Origin: Camelus ferus
Taxonomy: Eukaryota
Length of the DNA: 64,000 nt
NCBI RefSeq assembly: GCF_009834535.1
Contig: NC_045698.1
Location: 2,234,001-2,298,000 of the forward strand
Reading direction: 5' to 3'
This document shows, one piece after another, positions 52,896 to 64,000 of this stretch (within the stretch, counting starts at the first letter, position 1; every line of letters begins with the position of its first letter). Made by a program: the position numbers and the translations under genes. Under the pieces are notes generated by a model. The model searched no databases. It was not told the origin of the DNA and saw only the letters and a program-made list of their open reading frames with translations.

Positions 52896-55072
52896 GAAAA
52901 GTGAAGCGGCAGCAGGGTCTGGTGTCATGTGTACAGTGGTGAGGTGCCGCATGAGGCCCCTGGGAACCGTTTGTGTCCTTCGCGGTCACCGAGGCCAGCC
53001 CCAGCTCTTCAGCGACACTTGCCGTTCCTGATGGCCGGTGGGGGCACAGCCGCGCCTTTTCTAAAGTCAGGGTGACGAACCCAGCTCACAGCCCAGAGGA
53101 ACATGAGGTGTGCTGGTTCCCATGACAACCTGGGGTGCCCAAGCCACCTCCCGAGATGCAGAACCCCCGTTGGCTTGCCTGGAGGGGGAGGAGCAGGGGT
53201 GCTGTGCTTGGACAGACCAAGGGCTCCCTTTAAGGACTCACCTTCCAGTTATTGGGAATCCACCCCTGTGAACCAACGACAAAACCACTGGTGCCATTGG
53301 TAAGAGGGTCAGAGCAGGACCGAGTTCCCAGGATCAGGAGTGGGACACCGCATCACAGACGGCAACTGCAGGAACAGACCGGTCCTGCAGGCATGTGTGC
53401 ACGTGTGTGCGTGTGCGCGCTGAGTCCACAGGACCCCTCCGAGCCGACAGCAAGCGTGCCCGAAGGTGCGGGTCCCCTGGGCTGAGAGCCGTAGCTCCGG
53501 CCTCAGTGAGAGGAGGGGGCGTGTTTCTTGCTTTCACTAACGTCACCGGAAGGAAAGGGGACCCACAGTCCAGAGGGTGCTGGGACCCGGCCCTGCTCCC
53601 TGGCAGCAATGTGCCGACCGGCAGACCCCAAGGAGGCAGGCCCACTGGCAGATGGCCTGGGGGAGCTGTGGTTTGGACCAGGTCTAGGAGAGGAATAGGA
53701 TTTGGCAGCTGGAGAGACAGGAAGGAAAGCCCAGAAGGAGAAGTAGCCCCCAGTCACTGGTTTCACCCCGCACGAGCTCCAGCCCGGCCCCGCCCCGGCC
53801 CCCAACGCAGCTCTGCCGGCTGCTGAGCCGGTCCCAGGTGTTAGCCTCCCTCCACTAGCATACAACTCAGCGCAGCCTAAAGGCCAGAAAACAGGTGCTT
53901 TAAAATCCTACCCAGAAATGGGACGGAATGTGCCGAGAAGGTCTTGGGAAAGGGTGGAGCTGGGGAGCTCGGATGCAGAGCTTCCAGAAGTAGGAAAAAC
54001 ACAGAACAAGCGGAAATGAGGAGGAAGTAGCAGGAGTGGAGGCCAGGGCGTGCCTTGTGAGGAGACACCACGAAGACCTCCAGCCTCGGTTCTAAGCTCC
54101 TCTTGGCTCAGACGGCGCCCGCCCACCCCGCCCACAGCCCACAACAGGCCCGGCCTGCCTCCCTTCGGGAGTCCTCCCCCCAGCGCCCGCCTCCTCCCCG
54201 CCTTCCTCTGGGCGCCTTCCTCCGTGAGGGCTCGCGTCACGGCGTAGGCGCGTGGCGTCCGTCACCCGTGCCGCTCTGGCTGTTTCATGGGGGGCTGCTG
54301 CTCGTCCTCCCAGCTTTGAGGCCGGGAGGTCTGTCGCATCCACCCGCGCAGCTGGCATAGCGCTGGGCTGACGGCACTGCGCCAGTGGACGTGGCCGGGG
54401 ACGCCTCTAGCTTTGGGTCTCCCTGTTCAGTTACGTGACGGAGACCCTCCGTCTCAGCGCGTGGGCTGGGCTCCCATTTACTTGCTTAGGTAATGCGCTC
54501 CCCTCTGCTCTGTGGGTTCTCGTCTGCTCTCCCCATGCTGCCTGGCAGCCCAGCCGCGCCTGCTGGGCAGACGGAGTCGACAGAGGGCGGGCACCACGCC
54601 TTCGGGGGCCGCTGCAGAGGGGCCTGGGGAGCCTGTGCAGAGAGACAGACCCCTCACAGCAGGTGAAGCCCCCTCCCCCAGGAAGAGCCCCTGGTGCTTG
54701 GGGCACGGGTGCTTCTGCAGGGCTGACTTATCAAGGCCCCATCAGAGCCCCTCCTGGTGGCATGTCTGTCACTCGCCCTGCGGTCCCCAGCATGCCGATG
54801 TTCTTAAAGCTTATTATTCAATATGCACCTTGGACTTCATCTCTGTTTTCCACTCATTTGGGTAGGGCATGGTGAGACGTCCACATTCTTGGGGAAAAGC
54901 CAGCCTGAGTTTGCAAAAATGGGAGAGTCTAATTTGATACAGGTCAGATGCCACTTTGGTGAGGATTCAAGCTTCAGAATCCAGCCGATGTGAGTTGGGA
55001 ATGTGGCTCCAGCGTCCGCTGGCTGTGAGGACTTGGCCAAACACCACCTTCTCATAACCTAGGCATTCTCAC

Positions 55073-55384
55073 CTGTAGTGCAAATGGCTGCGGTGCCTGC
55101 CGCATGGCGTCCTCGTGCCAATTTAACATGATGTGCGCAGGTGAGAAGTTGTTAGCGCCTCCCCAGTCCCGCTCAAAGTTACCAGCACCCAGAGTTCTTA
55201 TGACTAGATCACCAGTATCTAAGGTCTTCAAACAGGAGCTCCACGTACATGAGATTATTAACATTTGTATTTGTTAATATTTGCATTCAGAAGCTGCAGG
55301 TGCACATCAAGTCCACACTGAGATTCTTGGGAAAATATGCTTTCTAATCGAACTTCAGTGTTTCTATAAAACTTCGTGTGTAAC
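55073..55384 (-). pseudogene. Frameshifted pseudo-exon (VTHEVL / LKFD*KAYFPK / DVHLQLL / QILTNT..MYVELLFE / ...QPFALQ)
   Basis: Acceptor gtacgcag|GTT, good donor CAG|gtgaga, 312 nt; protein-like pieces spread over three frames. Confidence 0.5.
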
Positions 55385-55518
55385 CTGCGTACTGTTTTAT
55401 GGGAACCTCATAATCTGCCCCGTGAGTTGTTTATTTTATTTCATCTCTTAATGAGGAAGCCAGATGGAGGGAGATGAACTGATGCTGGGAACTCTGGCTC
55501 CAGGATCCCCTACACTTG

Positions 55519-55967
55519 GATTAGTCAGTGTTCTCCAGAGAAGCAGAATTAATAGGTCCAATATACACAAATAAATCCCAACAGAGTATATTTATCTCAC
55601 AGAAATATATGTCACATAAAGAGCAGCTTCTGTGGTTATGGAGCTGGACACCAGGAGAGGTCGGGGGGAGCTCTGAGAACCAGAAGGAGGATGGTGCAAG
55701 CCCCAGCCAAGAGCAGGAGGTCAGCGTCCCAGCTCGGCAGTCAGGCAGAGGACAGCCCTGCTGTAGCCCCATCTTTTTTCTCTCCAGGCCCTCGTGGACC
55801 GGCGGAGGCCACCTACACCGTGGAGGGCCCCCTGCTCTGCTCAGGCCGCAGGGCCACATGCTCGTCTGATTCAGAAACACGCCCACAGACACTCCCAGGA
55901 CCGTCCTGAGCCACAGCATCCGGGCCCCGGACTCCAGTCCAGTTGGCCCACAAGGTTCACAATCGTG
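55519..55967 (-). mobile_element. MLT2-like ERVL solo LTR
   Basis: attagtcagtgttctccagagaagcagaa start; cagaaacacgcccacagacactcccagga...ccagtccagttggcccacaaggttcacaatc end. Confidence 0.8.
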
Positions 55968-56676
55968 CTGCGTCCCAGGAAGATGATGAAACATTCTCGG
56001 CAACTGTTTTATCTGGAAGTGTCTCCACAGTGGTTCAAAAGCAAACTTCAGGGCACCCCAGTCTCACGCTGATGCACTGAGCCCCTTAGAGTGAAGAGAA
56101 GCTCACGCAACCTCGCACAAGGCAGCCTCCTGTCTCCGCCGACGGCACCCCGGCGGGCCCGGGATGACCTTGCTCAGGCCCGCGGCCCTCGAGCCTGCAG
56201 AAGGCCGTGTGGCCGACCCCTCGTGATGCCAAGCCTGCTCCTGATTCCACCTCGACCCCGTTAACCAAACAGGGAGCTGAGCCCGCAGCAGACGAGCGAC
56301 TGGACGGTGGAGTAACCCCCGCCCACCAAGCATTACTCATTCGCTTGTCCTGTTGTCAAGTGTCACGGACGACACAGGGCTTTGTGATGTCTGAAACTGC
56401 CCACCTCACGGCCAGCAGCCTCCCCGATCACGGAGAAAACGGACCGGCCGTTGCTCCAAGACGGTAGCCTCTGATGAGACACACCTCCGTGCTGCGCGTC
56501 ACAGACGTCGCCCCCCATGCTGTGGCCGCCTTCTTCGGGGACCGATAAGTAGATTCCGTGTCATCGTCATGGATATGAGTTGCTTTCCTCCAACTCTTAC
56601 CCAAGCAGGCACTGGCGCCGCTAGACTCCATGATCTTCCCGTCGCAAAGCCGCCCGACAACGTCAAGGCGCCAGGT

Positions 56677-56857
56677 CTGCGCTATGGCTGGTTTAGTGAT
56701 GTCTGTGGCTTGTGAGGCTGGAGGGGGAGTTTCGGAAACTATCTTTTTTTTCTTTTTGCCAAAAGCTACATGTCTTTCAGCAGTGGAATGTGATCCACGA
56801 GAGAAGTTTAACTTGGGGCTCTTTCTTCATGGTACGAACTCTGGGGTATTGTCTGTC
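56677..56857 (-). pseudogene. Pseudo-exon containing VDHIPLLKDM* ... ATDITKPAIAQ
   Basis: Weak acceptor ggattcag|G, donor not preserved; supported mainly by translation and position in the chain. Confidence 0.35.
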
Positions 56858-58414
56858 CTGAATCCACCGGATGCTCAGACGGCACGGTGGTCGGAGTCTA
56901 GGGGTGAGCGCTGTGAGCTGCTGAGAAGCGCGGTGGGACGCTGGGCTGCGCAGCCGTGTTGGGAAGCGTCTTCCTTCTTCCCCTTCAACGCCCCCTTTTC
57001 TCAGACTCCTTCCACACGCTGCACAAGTGACCACTGTCCTCTTCTGCGGAAGAAACCCTGGCTGAACCACCCTACCTGGCGCCCTTAATCCAGCTTCAGG
57101 ACACGTCGAGTCACCCCCAGGACATAAGACTGCAGGTACCGCTTCCTAGCCCAGCGCTTCGGTGACCTTGCCATCTGCCACTCGGCAGACCTTCCATGCA
57201 GGGTCCCACGCTGCCTGTTAGCTGGTTGTCACCACCGGGGTGTCTGGAAGTTTCCACACTGCTTCTCTGCCGGTGTCTATATCCGAAATGGACCCCTCCT
57301 GCCGCACTCAGGGAGCACATGTCCCCGTGGGGCTGGGCGTCTTGGGACAGCCTCCCCGGGGCACACGTAACTGGCATGGGCTTCCTTCCAGGCTCACCGG
57401 TCCTGTACGTGACAGACAAATTGACAATGTGAGGTGTAAAATTTCAGGAGATACATAGGGGTAAATTATGTGCAGAGTGTGGACCAGCGTCCCGCCCCCT
57501 GGAGTCCTGTGGAATCTCAGAATTCACGGTGCCAGCTGCATCAACTGTGGGCGCCCTTGTGTTTACCCTGCACTGTTAAACTTTGCATATATAATGCACG
57601 TTTCTATAAGGCTGATTTTGAATGACAGCTTTTCAGAGTGGTTATTTTAAACAGCAAACAGTATTTGAAGAAGTAATTTGTAGCAGAGAACACCCACCTA
57701 AAGGGAAAATTGACTTTGTTGCACTTTGAACGTATGGTGTTGATTTTAAGATACAGGCTACAGCAAAACTTGTTAGAAGCAGCATGTAACTATTCAAGAC
57801 ACACTTCACGTGGGACAAGGTATTTGCTATAGAAAAGGGGGAGTGGGAAATCCAGTCTCCCCAAAAATGGAACCGTCATCCACGCACCTGCCCACCACCC
57901 TGGTGGAACCCCCAGCCCCTGACCCTGACCACTTCAGACCCACAGCCAACGCCCAGCTGTGTGAAAGGCATCACGTTTTAATTGTTGTTGTGTAGTTGTC
58001 CACGTGGCTGTATTTATAGTCTGCTTGGTTTGAGACAAGACCCCTGAGGGCTTAGAAAGATAATCTGTACACTGTCCACATTTATACAGGTTGGAGCCGC
58101 GACTCTGTAATTAAACAGCCTGCCCTGAAGGGAGGGGCTTTTCACTCATACGAGTCCAAATCCACCTGCATCAACTGTGAGCAGCATCATGTTCCTCAAA
58201 ACAGCCCAAATTACCCGGTTTGTACTGGTTCCCTCTCTACAGTCCAGCCCAGCCAAAGGCTTCCCAGTGTTAGAACCAGTGGTCCAGTGTTAGATGGACA
58301 GCCTCACCTCGTCCGGGGGCCAGCGCTGAGAAAACAGGTCCCTTTGACACCTGCTGGGGGGTCCAACAGCTGCGCGGGCTGCACCGCCTTCCTCTTCACT
58401 CCCACTGGTCTCTG

Positions 58415-58489
58415 GTGGTTAACCTGCTGTCCAGTGGTTACCTGCTGTCCTGTGGTTAACCTGCTCTCCTGTGGTTAACCTGCTCTTCA
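58415..58489. repeat. Tandem repeat, four ~19-bp units (gtggttaacctgctgtcca)
   Basis: Directly visible. Confidence 0.9.
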
Positions 58490-58495
58490 GCTAAC

Positions 58496-58589
58496 CTTCT
58501 TTGCGCTTGACTTTACATTCAGATATCAAAATTTCTGAATTGCTCCAGCTACTCAATCCTCTTCTGCTGTTGCTTCAAGAATGTCCTTT
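58496..58589 (-). pseudogene. Pseudo-exon with stops in all three frames (fragments KDILEATAEED / IE*LEQ / SEILISECKVKRKE)
   Basis: Acceptor cacgttttctgcag|A, donor AAG|gttagc, 94 nt. Confidence 0.55.
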
Positions 58590-59656
58590 CTGCAGAAAAC
58601 GTGAGCCCCTTTGTGAGGCTCCGGCTGACTACAGAGGGACCCCAGGTCCAAAATGTGACAGCCAGCACCAAGCTAGAGCATCTGGAACAAGGGCCTCATG
58701 ATCTGTGCCCACTTCTTCGTGTTCAAACAGATTTCATCAGGGCACCGAATCCAGGGATACGTAAGAGCACACAGGTGAAGGCGTCATGCAAATGACGGCT
58801 GCTGCGCATTAAACAGACTGAAATGTGAGCGGTGACTGCGCGAACATGTAAGTGTCCAGCTACCCAGCAGTTACCCGATGATCGGCACGTTAGGAGTTCC
58901 ACGGGAGAGCCTTCCTGTTCTTGGCGTGCTAATGTGAGGCTCCGTGCCAGGCTCCTCCCCTGGCCCCAGCACAGCTGGGAATGACTGTGACCACACATGT
59001 TCTTTTGCTGGAGGCCACATGGTCGGGGGAGACCACACGGCGAGGGGAGACCACACTGACCAATGTCAAGGGCACGGCCACTCAGGCCAGTTATTACGAG
59101 GGTCCAGCAGGCTTTCCTGGCTCAGGTCCCTGAGAGCATCGCCCATGAACCGTAGCCGGTGCAGGAAGGGGGACACGTGACCGTGCACGACTTGCCAAGG
59201 CAATGCTAGGTTGTGTGGAGTTTGCGACTGTTCAGGAAACATACGAGTAGCTAATAAACGTGGGACGGATTTCATCACGTGGGCTCATTTTGGTCATGCT
59301 CTGACAGTTTGGTTGAGATAGGACTTACCTAGAAAACGCTATATACATGGAGCTCCCCTTTCCCTGACTGAGTGAGCGGGGTGTTACCATAGTTAGTGAT
59401 GCCAGGCAGCCCTCCCTGGCTGCCCTGGGAGGGAGCTTATGGTTCACAGAAGAGCAGATCAAGCTGAGTCACTAACCATGGGCAAGATGAGCGCCCAGTG
59501 GTCCCTCAGCAAATGAACCTGGATGGGCGAGACGGGGAGTGGTGCTCTGTCCTTGTCCGCCCTCCTCCTCCTCCTCTGGTCACTGTTCCCAGGGCCTTTC
59601 TGCAGGCAGAGCAGCCCACCCCAACCCCCTACTGCAGAGCATCCCGGGCAGGTGCC

Positions 59657-59816
59657 TGATTTCAAAGTCCTCGCTAGTTGCAGAAAGAAAGAGGAGACGA
59701 TTGATGAGATGGGAAATGCAGGCAGATCATTAAGGACCCCATTCTGTCCGCGCGGCCGCATTCATGGCTTGGAGAGTTGTCATGAGCCTTTCAGTTTTCA
59801 ATATTAAGGCAAAACT
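59657..59816 (-). pseudogene. Pseudo-exon SFALILKTERLMTTLQAMNAAA..., then frameshift/stops
   Basis: Very strong acceptor cctacttttactttacttttgtttttag|AGT; 3' end uncertain. Confidence 0.55.
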
Positions 59817-60312
59817 CTAAAAACAAAAGTAAAGTAAAAGTAGGAGGAAACAGAAGAACCGAGGTCCTTCTGAAATAATCACCAGGCAGGAAGAACCATG
59901 GAGGGAGCTGCAGGAACCCCAGACGAAAGCCAGGGAAACCCAAGGCGCGCACACCAGATCCTAAAGCCGAGGAGCCACCGATCAACACGGCGGCACTCAG
60001 GATGCCGCTCTGTTAACTGTGCTCTGCTTGTCTCTGGAGTTTGCAGTGGCTTCTGTGTGCAAGTCATTGAATTCAGAAAATGGTTCAAGATTACCGCCTG
60101 TATTTCACCCCCGCCTGGCCAAAATCTCCTCCCTTCTGTTTGTAAGTCATTAATGCACTCGGTCGCCCATTTCTAAGTGGTTGAACGATTACCCGTGTCC
60201 CATCCTGGAAGGCAGTTATTAAGACTAGGTTGAACCACTTGAAGTGGCCTACAGTTGGCCCTGTTTGACCCAGAGAATCTCACAGCTCCCCACGGTTCCC
60301 ATGAACACCTAC

Positions 60313-60384
60313 TTGGACGCCTCCTTTAGTAAAGAAAGACACATCCTTGTCAAGGAGTCTGCATTTCTTATGAACAATATTCTT
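60313..60384 (-). pseudogene. Exon-like segment RILFIRNADSLTRMCLSLLKEAS
   Basis: Acceptor tgatttttgcag|A, donor CAA|gtaggt, 72 nt, open frame. Confidence 0.5.
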
Positions 60385-60575
60385 CTGCAAAAATCAGCCA
60401 CTTCCAAGCCAAGGTGAGCGACCCAGATCTTGAGCCCCTTGTGACGCTGTGATAAAACCATTTCTCCTGCGCAGTGTGCAAAAGCCGGTGGAACTGGGGG
60501 GACGAGAAGTCAGCGGGCGTCGGGAAGTGCGGGGCGTGTAGAAACGTGGCCTCGAATCAGCCGGGGGAGGACGAC

Positions 60576-60718
60576 CTTCCTTCTGACTGCTGCCTCCTGC
60601 TTTTTAATGTTCTCCGCAAACGGCTGTATCTTTCAGAGTCTCTCAAGGATTTTTAGATAAAAAGAGAGGTTTTATCTTTGCATGTCTATAAGCAGTGGAA
60701 AACTCCAGAGACCAAAAC
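60576..60718 (-). pseudogene. Pseudo-exon FGLWSFPLLIDMQR*NLSFYLKILERL*KIQPFAENIKKQEAAVRRK
   Basis: Acceptor tttatttgacttgcctgtag|G; two stops (TAA, TGA), each one transition from CAA/CGA; weak donor AAG|gtcgtc. Confidence 0.55.
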
Positions 60719-63119
60719 CTACAGGCAAGTCAAATAAACTAAATCCGATCAAGGTACTATCAATGCCAGAATTAGAAGGAAACCCAGGGAGAATATCAAT
60801 AACAACGTTGAAACAGCAGGTTTCGGGTGGAATCAATGGACGGAATAAACAGGGAAAATTAAGTCACAAAGTGTTGGTAGATAAAAGCTCCTCACTCATT
60901 AAAATTCTGTTTGTCTTTGTGTCTTTTTATCAATGTACCTATATATCTATGCAAGTGTATCAAAGTTTGTAATGTAAAAGAATGATGAAATAATCTAATT
61001 AATTTCCGGTGTCATTCCACATATTTCTTTCAAGTTAGAACTGCAATATTAATAATGGTTTGCAGTTTAATAAAATATCTTTATGTCCTATTAACTCCTA
61101 TATCAGCTTGTTATAAAAGCCACTTTCTATCAAATAGCTAAACTTCAAAAGAGTTTTGCTTTGATCAGGGGTAAAAAAAATCAGGTTCATTCCATTTGTA
61201 CTGAATAACCTCACTCAGTTTTCTAGAAAGACAGTTGTCTGTAGCTGCTGTTTGCCCAGGAAAAAAATTCCAATGGGCAAAAATGGTAAAAAGACAGAAT
61301 GTATCGGGGCAGCCAGGGAACACGGAAGCTCACTCTGACTTCAGTGGACGGGAGGGAACTGCTTTCAGCGCGGAGAGCGTGGGGCTCCCCGGGGAGCTGG
61401 CCGGCTGGTGCCCACCCAGGGCAGGGCAGGGCAGGTGCTGGATGCTGCCTGGCGGTTTCAGGAATGTGATTCAAATGACTCTGCTCCCTTTCTCCCACTG
61501 ACTCGGACTTTGACATCATTTACACGGTTGACAAGGAACAACGATTGTTCTCTGCTGGCTGCCCTGGATAGTGAGGAGTGTCACCACGCCTGCCCAGGAG
61601 GTGTGGTCACCCCTCTTGTGCCACATGGGCTCTCTTCGCCAGACACCTGCATCCCTGCCGTCTCTGCCCCGGCCAGTGCCCCCGTGCCGGTCCCAGGTTT
61701 GCAACACCTGGATTCTTCACTAAAGAGTGTGGCCCCGACCCCTGAAGTCAGTACTAAGGGTCTGGGGTTTCCTTCGCATTTTCTTTGCAGTCCAGCAGCT
61801 GAAACGGACATTAACCACTAACCAGGGCGTTTCATTTGGGCTTTATTTATTGGGTGTCTTTTCCCATAGGAGACTCCAGTTGCACCTGTCCTTCTGGGAA
61901 TGAGCCCAAGGGGTCAGGGGTCCAAGGCGGGGAAGTATGCGGAGGGCCCACCCAGAGCTGCACAGCCATAGTGCCAGATGCCAGCCCTGTGGACAGTCTG
62001 GCTGGCAGCTCCGTCCAGGGGTAGAGCGCGAGCAGGCTGGGGTGCAGATCTGGTTTGGAGCCCCTTGGAAAGGGGAAGGCGTGTGTCCCGGACCTTCCAT
62101 CCCCGCTCTTTCCAGCCTGGTGGCTGGTGCCCGGGAGAAGCCGGATCAGTGCTTGCTGAACGAGTGAATGCGAGGTGTAAGCAGGGCTGTGCTGGGATGT
62201 CTGGACAGATGCCGCTGAACCCAGTGGTCCTTATTCCCAGCACGTAGGTGGGGTCCTGCGTGGTGAGCACGGAGATGGATCAGAACTGCCGTTTTCAGCT
62301 GGGATGGGGGGAGGGGCTGCAGCCTCAGCTGGAATACCCTGTGCTGGGGGCCCCTCCCACCCCCAGGGATCTGGCGACCGCCTCGCAGCCCCGGGGAGAG
62401 CAGTGTGCCCTGGCGAGAGGGCACCAGGGAGGGCGGGCACCCCGGGGACACCCTGTGGGCTCCCGTGCTTGAGGCACAAGCCCCAGCTCGACCTTCCTCC
62501 CTCTCCCCCCCGCCACGGGTGCAGGTCCCCGCCGGCCCGTACAGACAGCAAGGAGTTTAGGTCTCAGAGATGAGCGGTGACCACAGGTGATCACCCTGAG
62601 CCCCTGGGCAGGTGACCCGCAGCGTGTGGCCCTCACTGTAAACAGTCTGTTTCCAAGAAAAAGCTGATCGTGAGAATATCAGCCCCAAAACTCAATCTGG
62701 AGAAACCGGAGGGTTGAGAGCACTCATTGTGGGGGGAGAGGGGGCTGGAGAATTCTGAAGGGGGTCAGGGGCGTGTCCCTTTGTTTGCATATAATTTTAT
62801 AGTTTCATTCATGTTGAAGCTTAACTTCAGAATCCGTCGTTGGCACAGGATGCGCTGCGATCAGAACACCCTCACTGCAGGGCCTCCGGGTTTCAGGGCA
62901 CGAGATCTGGGGGTTTTGGGTGGACCTCCCTCCAAAGTTCAGCGTCCCGGGCTGCCAGCCTCTCCCTCTCCCCACTGCAGCGCTGAAACTTCCGGAAGCT
63001 TCCAGAGGCCGTGCCTGCCTGGCTTCTGGGTGGAGTACGTCCCCAGTTCATGCAGATCCAGGCCATGTCTGGGTGTCTTTTTTACAAACCTTAACTTTGT
63101 CCTGTAAACAGTATCAACA

Positions 63120-63267
63120 GCATTTTATCCAAGGTGACTCTTTCTGGACATTTTTTTCCCCTCGTTTTTGTTTTTGTTTTTGTTTTTGTTTTTGTTTTTC
63201 CAGCCTTGACTTTGCTGTTGAAAAACCTCTAGCAGTTCGTCACAGTTCTTAAAGGTCATCTCCAAAG
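63120..63267 (-). pseudogene. Pseudo-exon LEMTFKNCDELLEVFQQQSQGWK(NK)n..., interrupted by a microsatellite
   Basis: Acceptor cctctcacatcctcag|CTTTGG; frame open to TAA at 63127-63125; a shifted frame gives KNVQKESPWIK; 3' end uncertain. Confidence 0.45.
63164..63199. repeat. (GTTTTT)n microsatellite
   Basis: Directly visible, six units. Confidence 0.95.
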
Positions 63268-63463
63268 CTGAGGATGTGAGAGGTGACCCACAGAGCACAG
63301 GGTGAGAGTTAGAAATACGTGCACAGAGAACTTAAACTTCCTTCATACCACCATACGGTCAGCAGTTTGTCTGTGATCTAAGAACGATCTTACATATATT
63401 GGCTCGCTTTTTGCCACTCCCGGGTGAATACTTTAAAAAAGTGGAGTCACCATCCGTCTGTCA

Positions 63464-63665
63464 CAGTGGTCCTACATCCAGAGTGATTTGGGCCCCCAGA
63501 GCAAAGCACTAGGGGCATTTTGATTGTCACCACTGAGGGGGAGCTACTGGCATCCAGGGAACGGAATCCATCAATGCTGGGAATGTTCCACAGGGCGCGG
63601 GACAGCCTCCACACAGAGGGTTACAAAGGCCGCATGGAGATCGTGCTGAAGTTGAGAAACTCTTG
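63464..63665. mobile_element. MER20-like DNA transposon remnant
   Basis: cagtggtcct...cattttgattgtcaccactgagggggagctactggcatc...gctgaagttgagaaac. Confidence 0.7.
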
Positions 63666-64000
63666 TCACCAACGAAAATCCAAGAGCTCCAGCCCAGGGC
63701 AGGGGCGGGGCCCACGGGAGGCAGCATCCTCCCCGGGGGACCAGGAGGAGGCCCTGCCCTCCGGCAGCCCCGCGCCCCAGGCCCGCCCTGTCCCGCTTCA
63801 GGCTGGGAGGGCTGACTCCAGCCCACAGGGCTCCACAGGGTCTGCACCGAGCCTTCCGAATGCGGTCGGCCACACACATGGCCCCTAGCCCCTTCCCTGG
63901 GAAAGGTGCCCGGCCTCCTCCGCGGGTTCAGTGGCTCGTGCGCGGCACGTGGGCCTTGCCGTCCTCAACTCCAGAAAAGGCGGTGCGTGAGCAGGGCGGT

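Larger units (their letters stand above)
475..63267 (-). pseudogene. Decayed large multi-exon gene, putatively CCDC162-like (DUF4549 family) paralog; probably extends beyond both window edges
   Basis: About 20 minus-strand segments with acceptor and/or donor sites and protein-like translations. Phases match across 50044->47754, 44841->41497 and 36355->19203. Several segments have in-frame stops or frameshifts. Motif order matches my recollection of CCDC162 (not aligned). Confidence 0.65.

Noticed and set aside
62640..62874. Possible pseudo-exon VRVF*SQRILCQRRILKLSFNMNETIKLYANKG
   Set aside because: No polypyrimidine tract and several stops; too weak to list without an alignment.
475..63267. 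Intact CDS call or a gene symbol for the exon chain
   Set aside because: Several exons have stops or frameshifts (58496-58589 is closed in all frames) and some splice sites are lost. The family resemblance rests on recalled motifs only.

Overview
This is mammalian genomic DNA, most likely camelid, judged from two Vic-1-like tRNA-derived SINEs with target-site duplications and lineage-young L1 tails. It is GC-rich with two AT-rich, L1-dense blocks (~11.3-19.0 kb and ~27-35.9 kb). I see no intact protein-coding gene; the long ORFs in the track are spurious or L1-derived. The main signal is a chain of about 20 exon-like segments on the minus strand running across the whole window (~63.3 kb down to ~0.5 kb). 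Many have AG/GT splice sites, several have matching phases, some are open and others carry stops or frameshifts. Their translations fall in the same order as motifs I recall from CCDC162 (DUF4549 family), but they are far too divergent for an ortholog. That suggests a decayed, probably unannotated CCDC162-like paralog; the family call is from memory and needs an alignment. Inside it lie a CpG-island promoter with an ETS site and a C-rich minisatellite (~38.6-39.9 kb), a second CpG island (~25.7-26.4 kb) and several repeat-free, TAAT-rich patches that resemble developmental enhancers (strongest ~45.6-47.1 kb).
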